44,775 bases of DNA from Spirochaetales bacterium (GTDB taxonomy: Bacteria; Spirochaetota; Spirochaetia; DSM-27196; SLST01), in assembly GCA_028284845.1 (NCBI GenBank), contig JANQQY010000172.1, forward strand, positions 1 through 44,775, written 5' to 3'. The notes beneath the pieces were generated by a model, which saw only the letters and a program-made list of their open reading frames with translations, ran no database searches and was not told the origin of the DNA. Below are positions 8,576 to 18,820 of the stretch, piece after piece (position 1 is the stretch's first letter; each line of letters opens with the position of its first letter). Position numbers and translations under genes: made by a program.

Positions 8576-10924
8576 ATGCGGCACCGGCTCGCGCTCCTGC
8601 TTCTCGCAGCAACACTTCTTCCGCTCAGCGCCCAATCGACAGCCGATACGTTGCCAGCGCCCCTTCTCCTTGACGACGAGTATGTTGCGGATGCCTCCGT
8701 CACGATCGTGAACGATACCGATGTTGTCCTGAACCCCCTGGAGATCATCGAGCTTCTCTCGAGCGTTCTGAATGATCGCTTGCTCAGAGATGCCGACGGC
8801 CTCTTCCGGGAAGGCGAGCTGACCCAACCTGATGCTCTTGATCCGCTTGGCATCCAGATACGGTTCGACTGGGACGAGCTTGCCTTGATCGCGACCGTCC
8901 CACCGTTGGCCCGGCGGCCGGAGCGGATCTCGCTCCGTGGACGCCCGCCGGTCCCCCAGGGAACTCCGGTGAGTCCTGCGCCGTTCAGCATCATCGCCAA
9001 CCTCGATCTCTGGTCTCGCTACACCTACGAGAGCGCGCTCTTTGAGATTGCCCTGACGCCCGACCTGGCCGCCTCCATCTACGGTGCGGTCGTCGAGGTT
9101 CGAAGCGGGATTCGGACCGGCGACGCCCCCTTCTTCGTTGATCACGCTCGAGCCTCGTGGGACTTCGCCTCGATTGGCTACCGTATTCAGGGTGGTGATC
9201 TTGTCTACCGGGGCAGTCAGCTGCAGAATGCTACGCGCCTCACCGGCGTCGGCTTCTTTCAAGAGGACTCCATCGCGCTCCCGGGCAACGCCGTCTCCGA
9301 CGTTATAGAACGCTTCTACCTCGCCGAGGATGCGAGCGTCTCGGTTTTTGTGAACGAGTCGCGGGTTCATCGGCGAACTCTCGACGCGGGGAACTACGAA
9401 CTGAGCGACCTTCCGCTGGGAGACGGGATCAACACGATCCTGGTCGTGTGGGAAGACACCGAAGAGCGGCTTGTCGAGTTGGTCATTCCCTACGATAGCG
9501 AACTGCTGGATGCGGGCGAGTTTGACGCCGGCGTTGCTCTGGCAATCGCCGAGCTACAGTTCGCGCGTCCGGTCATCGTTGGATATCAGTACTACGGCCT
9601 CACGCCTCAGCTGACCATCGGATCTCGCCAGGGAATAGAGCTTCTCGACCTTCAGGTCGACGCCGGGCTCAATGCGACGCTCGCCACGCGTGCAGGATCG
9701 TTTATTCTGGAACCCAGCCTTGGATTTGGGCCGCAGTCGAGACTCGTTCTTGATATCCCGTTGCGGTACTCATTTCTCAACTCGAGTCCCTCCTCGTACC
9801 TCAGCTTCGGCCTCTCAGGCGCGTATCGCTCGGCCCGTGCACAAGATGGGGCGACGACCACCCACACCGTTTCCGCCAACGGTTACGTGAACTTCGCCCT
9901 CCCTGATGGATTCTCTGTGACGCCTCGACTCTCCTACGTCTACGGGCAGCTTGATAGTCCGCACGTCGTTGAGGGGCGAGTAGCGCTTCGTCGGTCACTT
10001 CGTGGTGGGTCGACCGTCTCCGCGGATCTGGGACTTCGATGGGATAGCGAGCCCTCGTTCTTGGCACGCGTGACGTATTCGGCCTCTTTTCCGGACGCTC
10101 AGCAGAATCTATTCTTGCAGCAGGATCTTGAGGCGCAGGAGCTGACTGCGTACTGGAGTCGGTATGCCGGTGAGTCGGCGCAAGACATCGACTACAGCGT
10201 CTCCGCCAAGGTGCCTGTTGATTTTGCTGAGGTCATGAACGTGAGCGGCAGAGTTGGATACATCAGCCCGTGGTTTCGAGGCAGCCTTTCGCACGGACTT
10301 ACCGGGATCGTCGAGGCTTCTGACCTTCGAAACAGCACCTCGGTTTCTGCGCAGACCGCGCTTGTCTATGCAGACGACACCTTTGGCGTGAGTCTTCCGG
10401 TAAACGACTCATTTGTGATCGTCGTTCCCGGCGAGACACTCGCCGATCAGCCCGTCCTCGTCTCCAGGTCAGGAGCACGCGCTGATCTCACGCTCGACGG
10501 CTCAAGCGGAGTCATGGGCGATCTGAGTTCGTACTCTCCCGTCGCGATTCGCGTCCAGCCCGAGGAGATCCTCTTAGGTCTCGAACAGAGCGAGCTCGTC
10601 TACGTCGTGGATCCGGGCTATCGCTCGGGCACGGTCATCCGTGCCGAACCGACGCGCAACATCTACGCCGGCGGAGTTCTGCTTGACGAGAACGATGAGC
10701 CGATCGTCTACGCGCTCGGTCGTTACGAATCCGACCTTGAAGACTCGGGCGAATTCTTCACCGACGAGGGCGGATACTTTGAGATCTACGGCCTTGGGCC
10801 AGGTCGGTACACGCTTTTGATCTCGAACGGCGCTGAGTATCGCTTTGCCGTCACGATCCCACCGGAGGCGAACGAGTACGTCGACCTAGGCGAAATCTCC
10901 CCGGCGGCAGGAGCGTCGCAATGA
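8576..10924 (+). CDS. Outer-membrane usher-like protein with C-terminal carboxypeptidase-regulatory-like beta-sandwich
   Basis: 782 aa with signal peptide MRHRLALLLLAATLLPLSAQS. It has the usher-like stretch VFVNESRVHRRTLDAGNYELSDLPLGDGINTILVVWEDTEERLVELVIPYD, then a long beta-rich middle with alternating aromatic/polar residues. C-terminal GGYFEIYGLGPGRYTLLISNG. It sits between the chaperone and the second subunit. Confidence 0.6.
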   Translation: MRHRLALLLLAATLLPLSAQSTADTLPAPLLLDDEYVADASVTIVNDTDVVLNPLEIIELLSSVLNDRLLRDADGLFREGELTQPDALDPLGIQIRFDWDELALIATVPPLARRPERISLRGRPPVPQGTPVSPAPFSIIANLDLWSRYTYESALFEIALTPDLAASIYGAVVEVRSGIRTGDAPFFVDHARASWDFASIGYRIQGGDLVYRGSQLQNATRLTGVGFFQEDSIALPGNAVSDVIERFYLAEDASVSVFVNESRVHRRTLDAGNYELSDLPLGDGINTILVVWEDTEERLVELVIPYDSELLDAGEFDAGVALAIAELQFARPVIVGYQYYGLTPQLTIGSRQGIELLDLQVDAGLNATLATRAGSFILEPSLGFGPQSRLVLDIPLRYSFLNSSPSSYLSFGLSGAYRSARAQDGATTTHTVSANGYVNFALPDGFSVTPRLSYVYGQLDSPHVVEGRVALRRSLRGGSTVSADLGLRWDSEPSFLARVTYSASFPDAQQNLFLQQDLEAQELTAYWSRYAGESAQDIDYSVSAKVPVDFAEVMNVSGRVGYISPWFRGSLSHGLTGIVEASDLRNSTSVSAQTALVYADDTFGVSLPVNDSFVIVVPGETLADQPVLVSRSGARADLTLDGSSGVMGDLSSYSPVAIRVQPEEILLGLEQSELVYVVDPGYRSGTVIRAEPTRNIYAGGVLLDENDEPIVYALGRYESDLEDSGEFFTDEGGYFEIYGLGPGRYTLLISNGAEYRFAVTIPPEANEYVDLGEISPAAGASQ

Positions 10925-11871
10925 GAGGGAAGGCGAGGGCAGCGGCGTTCGTATGCATGATCGTAGCATCCTCAGGACTCCACGCCGCCGACATCTTCCG
11001 GTTCTACGCGCCACCCGGAGGTGTCTATGGCAATGCGGCTTTCGAGCGCGATGAGACGATCACCGTCTCAGTGACGATCGAGCACGAAGGCGTCGCGATT
11101 TCCGATTGGTTTCTGGCAATCACCACAGGCGGCGCCGGCTCATTCGAACCTCGCGAGATGTCCCAGAGCACCGACACGCTTGAGTATCAGATCTATGGGA
11201 GCACGCCGCCGTCGGCAGATATTCTCAAGGCTCCACCGGATGTTCTCACCGCCGCCAACGTCGTAACTTCGGGAGACTTCGCCTCCGTCGCCGCCACGAC
11301 GGAACGAGTCGCGTTCACGCTCTACTTCTCCATACCGTCGGCACAGTTCGTCCCATCGGGCGAGTACACGGACACCGTCTCGCTCGAACTCTATACCGGC
11401 GAGTTTGGTTCTCCGGGGACCCACGTTCTCGTTGACACCGTGGATGTCACCGTCACCGGCCGAATGGCTCAGATCGTCGACCTCTACGCAGATCGAGAGC
11501 CCGGGATCCGCTCGCTCGACCTGACGGCGACAGCCACTAACTTCCTGATCGCGACCGTCTTTGAACGAAGCAACTCGTTCACCGGCTACACCGTGACGGT
11601 GCAGAGCGTCAATCTGGCTGCAGACCTCTCCGGCGCTACCGGCCCCTTCTTTGCGCACACCACAGCATCCGACACACTCGACTATTCCCTTACCTACGGC
11701 GGCGCACCGGTCGCCGGATGGGCCGGTGGTTCTGCGACGTTGACCGACTCAGCGGCCACCACCGCGCCGGAGTGGATCGACCGCGAACTCCGGATCTCGT
11801 ACAGCGGCTCTTCCACGCTCGCGGCGGGCGACTATGAGGACAGGCTCGTCATCACGATTACGGCGAAGTAA
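10921..11871 (+). CDS. Secreted two-domain SCPU-like subunit (candidate tip/adhesin subunit)
   Basis: ATGA overlap with the usher stop. Signal peptide (AAAFVCMIVASSGLHA). It carries an internal strand motif VPSGEYTDTVSLELY (about nt 11353-11394) and a terminal AAGDYEDRLVITITAK, both resembling the C-terminus of the 7301-7816 subunit. Confidence 0.6.
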   Translation: MRGKARAAAFVCMIVASSGLHAADIFRFYAPPGGVYGNAAFERDETITVSVTIEHEGVAISDWFLAITTGGAGSFEPREMSQSTDTLEYQIYGSTPPSADILKAPPDVLTAANVVTSGDFASVAATTERVAFTLYFSIPSAQFVPSGEYTDTVSLELYTGEFGSPGTHVLVDTVDVTVTGRMAQIVDLYADREPGIRSLDLTATATNFLIATVFERSNSFTGYTVTVQSVNLAADLSGATGPFFAHTTASDTLDYSLTYGGAPVAGWAGGSATLTDSAATTAPEWIDRELRISYSGSSTLAAGDYEDRLVITITAK

Positions 11872-11968
11872 GTGAAGCGTCACTACGCAAAGAACCGCAG
11901 AGGATCTGGATTCCGCGCGTGCGCGACGGGGTGGGCCTGTGCGTCAACGGGTTCCGGACCCGATCCCG

Positions 11969-13105
11969 CTATCGTTCCTCCATCGGGACCAGGCGGCGCT
12001 GCTCGTGGCCGACATATTGCGCCTTGGGGCGGTAGATCCGGTTGTCCACGCGCTGCTCGAGGATGTGGCTGAGCCACCCCGAGACGCGTGCCATGGCGAA
12101 GATGGGAGTGAAGAGCTTCGTTGGGATCCCCAGAACCCGATAGACGGCGCCGGAGAAGAAGTCGACGTTTGGATAGATCGGCTTCCCCTTCTCTTCCATC
12201 CGCTCGCGGAAGGTCGTCTCGACCTCCTTCAGAATCTCGTAGTACTTCCAGTCGCTCTTCTTCTCGCTCAGGTCCTTCAGGTACTCTTCCATCACGAAGC
12301 TTCGTGGGTCCTTTGCTCGGTAGACGCGGTGACCCATACCCATGACCTTCTGCTTCTTGTCGAGTGCCGTATGGACCCAATCACGCGCCGCATCTTTGCT
12401 TCCAATCGAATCGACCATCTCCATGACTTTCTCATTCGCGCCGCCGTGGAGGCTCCCGTAAAGAGATCCAACGGCAGCTGATATTGAGCAGTAGCAGGTC
12501 GACATGGTGCTCGCGACCACACGTGCGGTGAAGGTGCTCGCGTTGAAGCTGTGCTCGGCATGAAGGATGAGCGCCTTGTCCATGACTTCGCCCTCGAAGG
12601 GATCCGGTTCTTCACCCCGCAGCATATAGAGGAAGTTCGCACCATGAGAGAGGTCCTTCCGTGGCGGGAGATACTCCTTGCCCTCCTGAAATCGCTGGTA
12701 GGTTGCGACGACGGTTGCGATCTCTGCGATCTGGTGCAGCGTATCGCGGCAGTTGCAATGAGGTCCGTGGTGAATACGGTGTTCCACGTAGCTTGAGAGG
12801 TAGGAGACCACCGATTGGAGAAGCTCCATGGGATGGGCATCTTTCGGAAAGTCGCGAATCATGTGAATGACCGGTTCCGGGAGGTCGCGCGCGTTTCGCA
12901 TCTTCGCGGAGAAGACGGAGAGCTGTTCTCGCGTGGGTAGCTCTCCGTAGAGCAAGAGGTATGTCACCTCCTCAAAGGTGCAATGCTCGACCAGATCGGT
13001 GATCGTGTAGCCCATGTAGTAGAGCTGACCGGCTTCTCCATCTATTCGGCAGATCTTGCTCTCCGCCGCGACTACGCCTTCAAGTCCCTTCGCAAACTCA
13101 GCCAT
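11969..13105 (-). CDS. gltA: Citrate synthase (short, ~378-aa type)
   Basis: MAEFAKGLEGVVAAESKICRIDGEAGQLYYMGYTI.., catalytic-region motifs GPLHGGANE-like (GSLHGGANE) and MGMGHRVYR..DPR. Confidence 0.9.
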   Translation of the reverse strand: MAEFAKGLEGVVAAESKICRIDGEAGQLYYMGYTITDLVEHCTFEEVTYLLLYGELPTREQLSVFSAKMRNARDLPEPVIHMIRDFPKDAHPMELLQSVVSYLSSYVEHRIHHGPHCNCRDTLHQIAEIATVVATYQRFQEGKEYLPPRKDLSHGANFLYMLRGEEPDPFEGEVMDKALILHAEHSFNASTFTARVVASTMSTCYCSISAAVGSLYGSLHGGANEKVMEMVDSIGSKDAARDWVHTALDKKQKVMGMGHRVYRAKDPRSFVMEEYLKDLSEKKSDWKYYEILKEVETTFRERMEEKGKPIYPNVDFFSGAVYRVLGIPTKLFTPIFAMARVSGWLSHILEQRVDNRIYRPKAQYVGHEQRRLVPMEER

Positions 13106-13119
13106 CGTGTCTCCTTCGC

Positions 13120-14556
13120 TTACAGCGCGTGGATTGCGCGCTTATCTGTTGCCAGGGCGGCCTCTTTGACCGCCTCTGTGAGTGTGGGGTGTGCATGTAC
13201 GGTTCGTGCGATGTCCTCGGCGCTCCCGCCAAACTCCATCACGGCGACGATCTCGCTGATGAGGTCACTCGCCCACGGTCCAACGATCTGGGCTCCAAGT
13301 ACTTGGTCGGTCTCTGCGTCAGCGAGGATCTTTACAAAACCACCGGTCGACGCCATTGCAACCGCGCGTCCGTTGCCGCCGAAGTTGAAGCTGCCCTTCT
13401 TGTAGGCGACTCCCGCTTCCTTCAACTCCTCTTCGCTCTTCCCGACCGTCGCAGCTTCCGGCCAGGTGTAGACGACGCCTGGTATGGTGTCGTAGTTCAC
13501 GTGCCCGGCGTGTCCGGCAATGATCTCCGCAACGGCAACGCCCTCGTCTTCTGCTTTGTGCGCGAGCATCGGTCCGTGAACGAGATCGCCAATGGCAAAG
13601 ATGCCTGGGACGGAGGTCTGCAGGTGGTGATCCACCTCTATGCGGCCGCTCTTCTCGTTGAGAGTGATCCCGAGATCATCCAACCCCGCACCATCGTAGT
13701 ATGGCCTGCGGCCGACCGCAACCAAGACTCTCTCGGCCGGGATCGTGAGTTCCTTTCCATCCGGATCCTCTACCGTTACGCCCTTTTTCTTCCCCTTCGC
13801 GAGCCCGGTGACTTTGTGACCAAGCTTGAACTCAAGACCCTGCGAGCCAAGCTCGCGCTTCATCACCTTGGCGACCTGCTTGTCCCATCCTGGGAGGATT
13901 TCGCTCATGATCTCAATGACGGTGACCTTCGCTCCCAGTCTTGCCCAGACGCTTCCAAGCTCCAATCCGATTGCGCCGGCGCCCACGACAACCATCTGTT
14001 TGGGGACCGAGTCGAACTCGAGCGCCTCGGTTGAACTCACCACGTAGTCGCCATCAAAGGGGAGGAAGGGGAGCTCGATGGGGACGCTTCCGGTGGCGAG
14101 GATGATTGAGTCTGCCTCGAGGGTGGTCGCCTTGGAGTCGTCGCCCGCGCCTTCGGCCGCTACTGCTACCTTTCCTGGAGCGACCAGACGTGCGATCCCA
14201 CCGATGACGTCGACCTTTCGGCCCTTCATGAGACCGTTCAGGCCACCGGTCATCTTGTTCACGACGCCCTGCTTGCGCTCGATCATCTTGGGGATGTCGA
14301 GTTGCGGCGTGGCAACCGTGATGCCGTGATCCGCAAATTCGTGAACGGCCTTCGCGTAGAGCTCGCTCGAGTCGAGCAGTGCCTTGGACGGGATGCAGCC
14401 GACGTTCAGGCAGGTGCCTCCCAACAGGGTCTTCCCTTGCGCGTCGGATCGTTTTTCCACAATGCCGGTCTTCAGGCCGAGCTGCGCCGCGCGGAGAGCG
14501 GCGACGTAGCCGCCCGGGCCGGCGCCCAGCACGAGAACATCGTATCGGTCAGCCAA
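13120..14556 (-). CDS. lpdA: Dihydrolipoyl dehydrogenase (E3)
   Basis: 478 aa with FAD fold YDVLVLGAGPGGYVAA, redox-active disulfide GGTCLNVGCIPSK, NAD fold VVVGAGAIGLELG and C-terminal HAHPTLTEA. Confidence 0.93.
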   Translation of the reverse strand: MADRYDVLVLGAGPGGYVAALRAAQLGLKTGIVEKRSDAQGKTLLGGTCLNVGCIPSKALLDSSELYAKAVHEFADHGITVATPQLDIPKMIERKQGVVNKMTGGLNGLMKGRKVDVIGGIARLVAPGKVAVAAEGAGDDSKATTLEADSIILATGSVPIELPFLPFDGDYVVSSTEALEFDSVPKQMVVVGAGAIGLELGSVWARLGAKVTVIEIMSEILPGWDKQVAKVMKRELGSQGLEFKLGHKVTGLAKGKKKGVTVEDPDGKELTIPAERVLVAVGRRPYYDGAGLDDLGITLNEKSGRIEVDHHLQTSVPGIFAIGDLVHGPMLAHKAEDEGVAVAEIIAGHAGHVNYDTIPGVVYTWPEAATVGKSEEELKEAGVAYKKGSFNFGGNGRAVAMASTGGFVKILADAETDQVLGAQIVGPWASDLISEIVAVMEFGGSAEDIARTVHAHPTLTEAVKEAALATDKRAIHAL

Positions 14557-14569
14557 ACTGAACTCCTCT

Positions 14570-15850
14570 CTACAGACCGAGCAGGAGGCGCGTTGGATCC
14601 TCGATCTGGGCCTTGATTCGGCCCAGGAAGAGCACGGCCTCCCTGCCGTCGATCATCCGGTGGTCATAGGTCAGTGCAAGATACATCATTGGTCGGATCT
14701 GGACCTCGTCGCCAATCGCCACCGGCCGCTTCTGGATCGAGTGCATCCCCATGACCGCCGTCTGCGGGGGACTCGGAATGGGCGTGGAGAGGAGGCTGCC
14801 AAAGACGCCGCCGTTACTGATCGTGAATGTCGCGCCGACCATCTCATCGGGTTTTAGACGTCGCTTGTTGGCGCGTTCGCTGAAGTCGATGATCTGCTTC
14901 TCTACGTCGGCGAAGCTCATCATCGCTACGTCCTTGAGCACAGGGGTCAAGAGCCCCTTCTCGCTTGAGAGGGCGACACCAACGTTGACGTAGTCGTTGA
15001 AGAGAACGTCGCTCCCGTCCAAGTAGCCGTTCACCGCCGGGAACTCTTGAAGGGCGATCTGGGCCGCCTTCACAAAGAAGCTCATAAATCCGAGCCGCAC
15101 GCCGTGCTGGTCGGTGAATGTTTCTTTGTACTTCGCCCGGATCCCCATCACGGCGCTCATGTCGACTTCGTTGAAGGTCGTGACATGTGCCGAACTCTGT
15201 CGCGAGTAGACAAGGTTCTCCGCGATCCGCTTTCGAAGGTTGCTCAGGGGTTCCCGTCGTTGTCTCTCGTTCGTCGGCATCGCCGGAGCGCTTAGTGCTG
15301 CAGGCATGGAGCCGGACGAGCCGCTCCCACCGCCGGATTGCCCGCGCGCAGCTTTCTCCGCGTCTGCCTTGGTGATTCGCCCGCCGGGTCCCGTGCCTTT
15401 GATCGTGGACGCGTTGAGTCCGTGATCCTCCACGACTCGTCGTGCCGCCGGGGAGAGCTGGTCGGCGGGTGCCGGAGATTTTATACTCGCCGCTGCCGCC
15501 GGAGCGTCCGCCGGCTCGGGCTCAGGCGGCGGGCTCGCGACTGGCTCCGCAGGCTTCTTTGTGTCTGCCGTGGATTCCGGTTCGGCCGAAGGCGTGGGTG
15601 CCTTTGCAGCCGCACCATCAGAATCGATCTGTCCAACAACCTGCCCAACCTCGACTTCATCACCCTCCGCTGCGCCATGATGGAGGACGCCGCTTGATGG
15701 GCTTGGAACGCCAAGGGTTGCCTTGTCGGTCTCGAGTTCGAAGATCTCCTCACCCTCGCTTACTGATGAGCCGTCTTCCTTGAGCCACGCCGCGAGGATG
15801 CCGCTCGAAACAGACTCACCGATCTCCGGAACCGGGATGTCACTCTTCAT
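14570..15850 (-). CDS. sucB: 2-oxoglutarate dehydrogenase E2, dihydrolipoyllysine-residue succinyltransferase
   Basis: ATG at 15850 preceded by AGGTGG. Lipoyl domain ..[14 protein letters not shown].., Ala/Pro-rich linker, E3-binding [14 protein letters not shown] and catalytic DHRMIDG motif. The track ORF N-terminal extension (15851-15937) overlaps the sucA 3' end and was dropped. Confidence 0.9.
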   Translation of the reverse strand: MKSDIPVPEIGESVSSGILAAWLKEDGSSVSEGEEIFELETDKATLGVPSPSSGVLHHGAAEGDEVEVGQVVGQIDSDGAAAKAPTPSAEPESTADTKKPAEPVASPPPEPEPADAPAAAASIKSPAPADQLSPAARRVVEDHGLNASTIKGTGPGGRITKADAEKAARGQSGGGSGSSGSMPAALSAPAMPTNERQRREPLSNLRKRIAENLVYSRQSSAHVTTFNEVDMSAVMGIRAKYKETFTDQHGVRLGFMSFFVKAAQIALQEFPAVNGYLDGSDVLFNDYVNVGVALSSEKGLLTPVLKDVAMMSFADVEKQIIDFSERANKRRLKPDEMVGATFTISNGGVFGSLLSTPIPSPPQTAVMGMHSIQKRPVAIGDEVQIRPMMYLALTYDHRMIDGREAVLFLGRIKAQIEDPTRLLLGL

Positions 15851-15858
15851 GTTGCCAC

Positions 15859-18759
15859 CTATGAAAATGCCTTGGTGAGGAACCGCTCGAGTTCCTCTTG
15901 ATGTTGTCCGTGTGATCCGGTCGCGGGGCTTGGACACGCATCGCGTCCAACGTACTCGAGTCGGCGATCCGGGAGAAGCGACTCAATGCGATCCCTCACA
16001 AACGACCATCCGCCGTGATTCTGGGCTTCTTCCTGGACCCACCGGATGCTCTGTGCGCCAAGATGCGGCTCGATCGCGGCTTTGAGACGATCGGCGTCAA
16101 ATGGGTAGAACTGTTCGAGCCTGATGATCGTCGTTCGCTTGTCCTCACGCTCATTCCTTCGAGCGTCAAGGTCGTAGTAGACCTTGCCCGAACAGATCAG
16201 GAGGTTCTCCGTCTTCTCCGCCGGAGTCGGATCATTGAGGATCGTCTGATAGTACCCTGCGGCGAATTCCGTTCGATTCGAGACGCACGCCTTGTTTCGC
16301 AGGAGGCTCTTGGGAGTCATCAGCACGAGCGGCTTTCGGAAGGGTTGAACCATCTGGCGCCGGAGCACGTGAAAGTATTGGGCGGGCGTTGATGGATAGC
16401 AGACCTGCATGTTGTTGTCCGCACACAGTTGTAAGAATCGCTCGAGGTGGGCGCTTGAGTGTTCAGGGCCCTGACCCTCGTAGCCATGGGGCAGAAGCAT
16501 GACCAGTCCCGACTGCCGGAACCACTTGCTTTCACCGGCGGCGATAAACTGGTCGATCACCACCTGCGCGCCGTTTACGAAGTCACCGAACTGCGCCTCC
16601 CACAAAACGAGAATGTTCGGCTGGGCAAGCGAGTATCCATAGTCGAAGGCGAGAACGGCGTACTCAGAGAGCGGACTGTCGTAGACACTGAAGTAGCCCT
16701 GATCCACGGAGAGATCACGGAGCGGCACATGCATTCGAGGGGTCCCGCTCTTGACGTCCCACCAGACGGCGTGCCGCTGACTGAATGTGCCGCGGCCAGA
16801 GTCTTCCCCGCTCAGCCGTATGGGGTGACCATCCATCAGCAGTGAGCCGAACCCGAGACTCTCGGCGAAAGCCCAGTCGATTCGGTCCCCGGCGTTCCAG
16901 CGGTCGGCCCTGTCCTTCACGAATCGGACGAGCTTTGGATGAAGATTGAAGTCATCCGGAACGTTTGTCAGAACGTCAGCAACATGCTGGAGCCGATCGT
17001 TCGACACGCCGGTCTCCACCGGTTCAAAGGTGAAGTCGTGCCCGTATTCCTTCCACTCGCCGGTCTCGAATGCGTCGTCGATGTTCGGCTTCTGTCCGCC
17101 TCGCGCCTTTGCGAGCTCCTCCTTGAGCACATCCACATACGTCTTCTTGAATGCGGCCTGGTCTTCTGAGGAGAACGACCCCTCTTTCGCGAGGCGCTCA
17201 CCGTAGAGGGCCGTGACGCTCGGATGATTCTTGATCATCGCGTACATCATTGGATGGCTGAATGAGGGCTCATCGGCTTCGTTGTGTCCGAGTCTTCGGT
17301 AGCACTGAATGTCAACGACGGCGTCGTAGCCGAACTTCTGCCGGTAGCGGAGCGCCAGATCGATGCCTCGGACGACAGCCTCCGGATCATCCCCGTTAAC
17401 GTGGAAGATTGGGCACGGGAGAGACTTCGCGATATCGGTCGCGAAGAACGTGCTCCGTGCGTCCCGACTCGCCGTTGTGAAGCCAATCTGATTGTTGACG
17501 ATGATGTGCACCGTGCCGCCGGTTCGGTAGCCACGGAGCTGACTCAGGTTGAAGGTCTCTGCGACGACACCCTGACCGCTGAACGCCGCGTCTCCATGGA
17601 TGAGGACCGGGAGAACCTTCTTCCGGTTCTTGTCGCCGCGCCTGCGCTGAATGCCGCGTGCCTTTCCTTCCACTACACCGTCTACGGCTTCAAGGTGGCT
17701 GGGATTCGCGACAAGACTGATGTGAATCGATTTGCCGCCCGCGATCTCAAGGTCGAAGCTGTGCCCAAGGTGGTATTTGACGTCACCGCTGCCGCCGTAG
17801 GTCTGTGGCTGGTAGCTATCCTCGAACTGAGCGAAGACCTCGACGCCCGGCTTCCGCAGGGCGTTCGTGAAGACATTGAGCCGGCCGCGGTGAGCCATCC
17901 CTACCACGATCTCCTGGAGCCCGTGGTTCGCTGCGGAGTCGATGAGGTAGCGCATCGCGGGAATGAGCGACTCGCCGCCCTCGAGCGAGAACCGTTTCTG
18001 GCCTATGTAGCTCGACTGCAAAAATCGTTCGAACTCTTCCGCTTTGATGAGGTCCTTCTGAAATCGCATCTTGTGCTGAGTCGTCCAGATGCGTCGTGAT
18101 TCGGGCCGCTCAAGCTTCTCGATGAGCCAGCGGCGCATCGGTTTGTTCTGAATGTGTAGGATCTCCACGCCGAGCGTTCCGCAGTAGATCTCCTTCATCT
18201 CGGCGAGGATGTTGCGCAGGGTGTCCGGCTCCGACTTCAGGTAGCGACCGGCAGAGAACTCTCGGTCGAGATCCGACTCATCGAGTCCGAACTCCTCCAG
18301 GGAGAGTGCGTCGTATGTGCCCTCCATGGTGTAGAACATGTATCTGAGCGCAGGGGTGCTGTAGTCTTCGAGTGGATTGATATTGGCGTGGATATAGCCG
18401 ATGTCCCGGTAGGCCCAGAGGAGGCTATTGACCCGCGACTGCTTGTAGGCGTGGCTAGAGTCGCCGGTAGGCTCGCGGTGAATGCCGGGCATGTGACCGG
18501 GGAGCGATCCGTGGGGAGCAAAACCCGCTTCGTCGTCGTTCTCTGCGAGCCGTGTTGTAGAGCGGACGCCCTTGAGTTCGAGACCCATGTCGGCGACGCC
18601 GCCGTTGTCGAGTTTTGCGAAGTAGGTCTGCCACTCGGTATCGACGCTGGTTGGGTCGACCTTCCAGCTCTCATACAGTTCGTCAACGAACCGTGCATTT
18701 GTCAGATCAAGTTGATTCGCATTCACGGCTAAACCTCTGCCAGTAAGGAGTATAAGCAT
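15859..18759 (-). CDS. sucA: 2-oxoglutarate dehydrogenase E1 component
   Basis: 966-aa ORF with the N-terminal ..[27 protein letters not shown] typical of SucA and a ThDP-binding region (..[13 protein letters not shown]..). An alternative GTG start at 18726 has a better-placed purine-rich SD. Confidence 0.92.
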   Translation of the reverse strand: MLILLTGRGLAVNANQLDLTNARFVDELYESWKVDPTSVDTEWQTYFAKLDNGGVADMGLELKGVRSTTRLAENDDEAGFAPHGSLPGHMPGIHREPTGDSSHAYKQSRVNSLLWAYRDIGYIHANINPLEDYSTPALRYMFYTMEGTYDALSLEEFGLDESDLDREFSAGRYLKSEPDTLRNILAEMKEIYCGTLGVEILHIQNKPMRRWLIEKLERPESRRIWTTQHKMRFQKDLIKAEEFERFLQSSYIGQKRFSLEGGESLIPAMRYLIDSAANHGLQEIVVGMAHRGRLNVFTNALRKPGVEVFAQFEDSYQPQTYGGSGDVKYHLGHSFDLEIAGGKSIHISLVANPSHLEAVDGVVEGKARGIQRRRGDKNRKKVLPVLIHGDAAFSGQGVVAETFNLSQLRGYRTGGTVHIIVNNQIGFTTASRDARSTFFATDIAKSLPCPIFHVNGDDPEAVVRGIDLALRYRQKFGYDAVVDIQCYRRLGHNEADEPSFSHPMMYAMIKNHPSVTALYGERLAKEGSFSSEDQAAFKKTYVDVLKEELAKARGGQKPNIDDAFETGEWKEYGHDFTFEPVETGVSNDRLQHVADVLTNVPDDFNLHPKLVRFVKDRADRWNAGDRIDWAFAESLGFGSLLMDGHPIRLSGEDSGRGTFSQRHAVWWDVKSGTPRMHVPLRDLSVDQGYFSVYDSPLSEYAVLAFDYGYSLAQPNILVLWEAQFGDFVNGAQVVIDQFIAAGESKWFRQSGLVMLLPHGYEGQGPEHSSAHLERFLQLCADNNMQVCYPSTPAQYFHVLRRQMVQPFRKPLVLMTPKSLLRNKACVSNRTEFAAGYYQTILNDPTPAEKTENLLICSGKVYYDLDARRNEREDKRTTIIRLEQFYPFDADRLKAAIEPHLGAQSIRWVQEEAQNHGGWSFVRDRIESLLPDRRLEYVGRDACPSPATGSHGQHQEELERFLTKAFS

Positions 18760-18775
18760 AAATGCCTTAGGTCAG

Positions 18776-18804
18776 TTGTCAAGAAACGTGCCCCCGCGTA
18801 CAGT
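18776..18804 (+). promoter_or_regulatory. Candidate sigma70-type promoter for the rhodanese gene
   Basis: TTGTCA (18776-18781), 17-nt spacer, TACAGT (18799-18804). GGAGGA SD at 18811-18816 and ATG at 18821. Confidence 0.35.
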
Positions 18805-18820
18805 GGCGCCGGAGGATGGA

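Noticed and set aside
11872-11968. Searched the convergent intergenic region (chaperone-usher cluster versus gltA) for a terminator
   Set aside because: Only a 5-bp AGTGA/TCACT mini-hairpin at 11871-11884 is present, with no U-tract. The 66-aa ORF there (11872-12072) overlaps gltA antisense and looks non-coding.
13129-14034. 301-aa plus-strand ORF
   Set aside because: Antisense to lpdA, whose FAD, disulfide and NAD motifs are unambiguous.
15851-15937. Upstream extension of the sucB ORF
   Set aside because: It would overlap the sucA 3' end and adds a basic, non-homologous peptide. ATG at 15850 has an AGGTGG SD and begins exactly at the lipoyl domain.
17284-18099. 271-aa plus-strand ORF
   Set aside because: Antisense to sucA, a shadow ORF.
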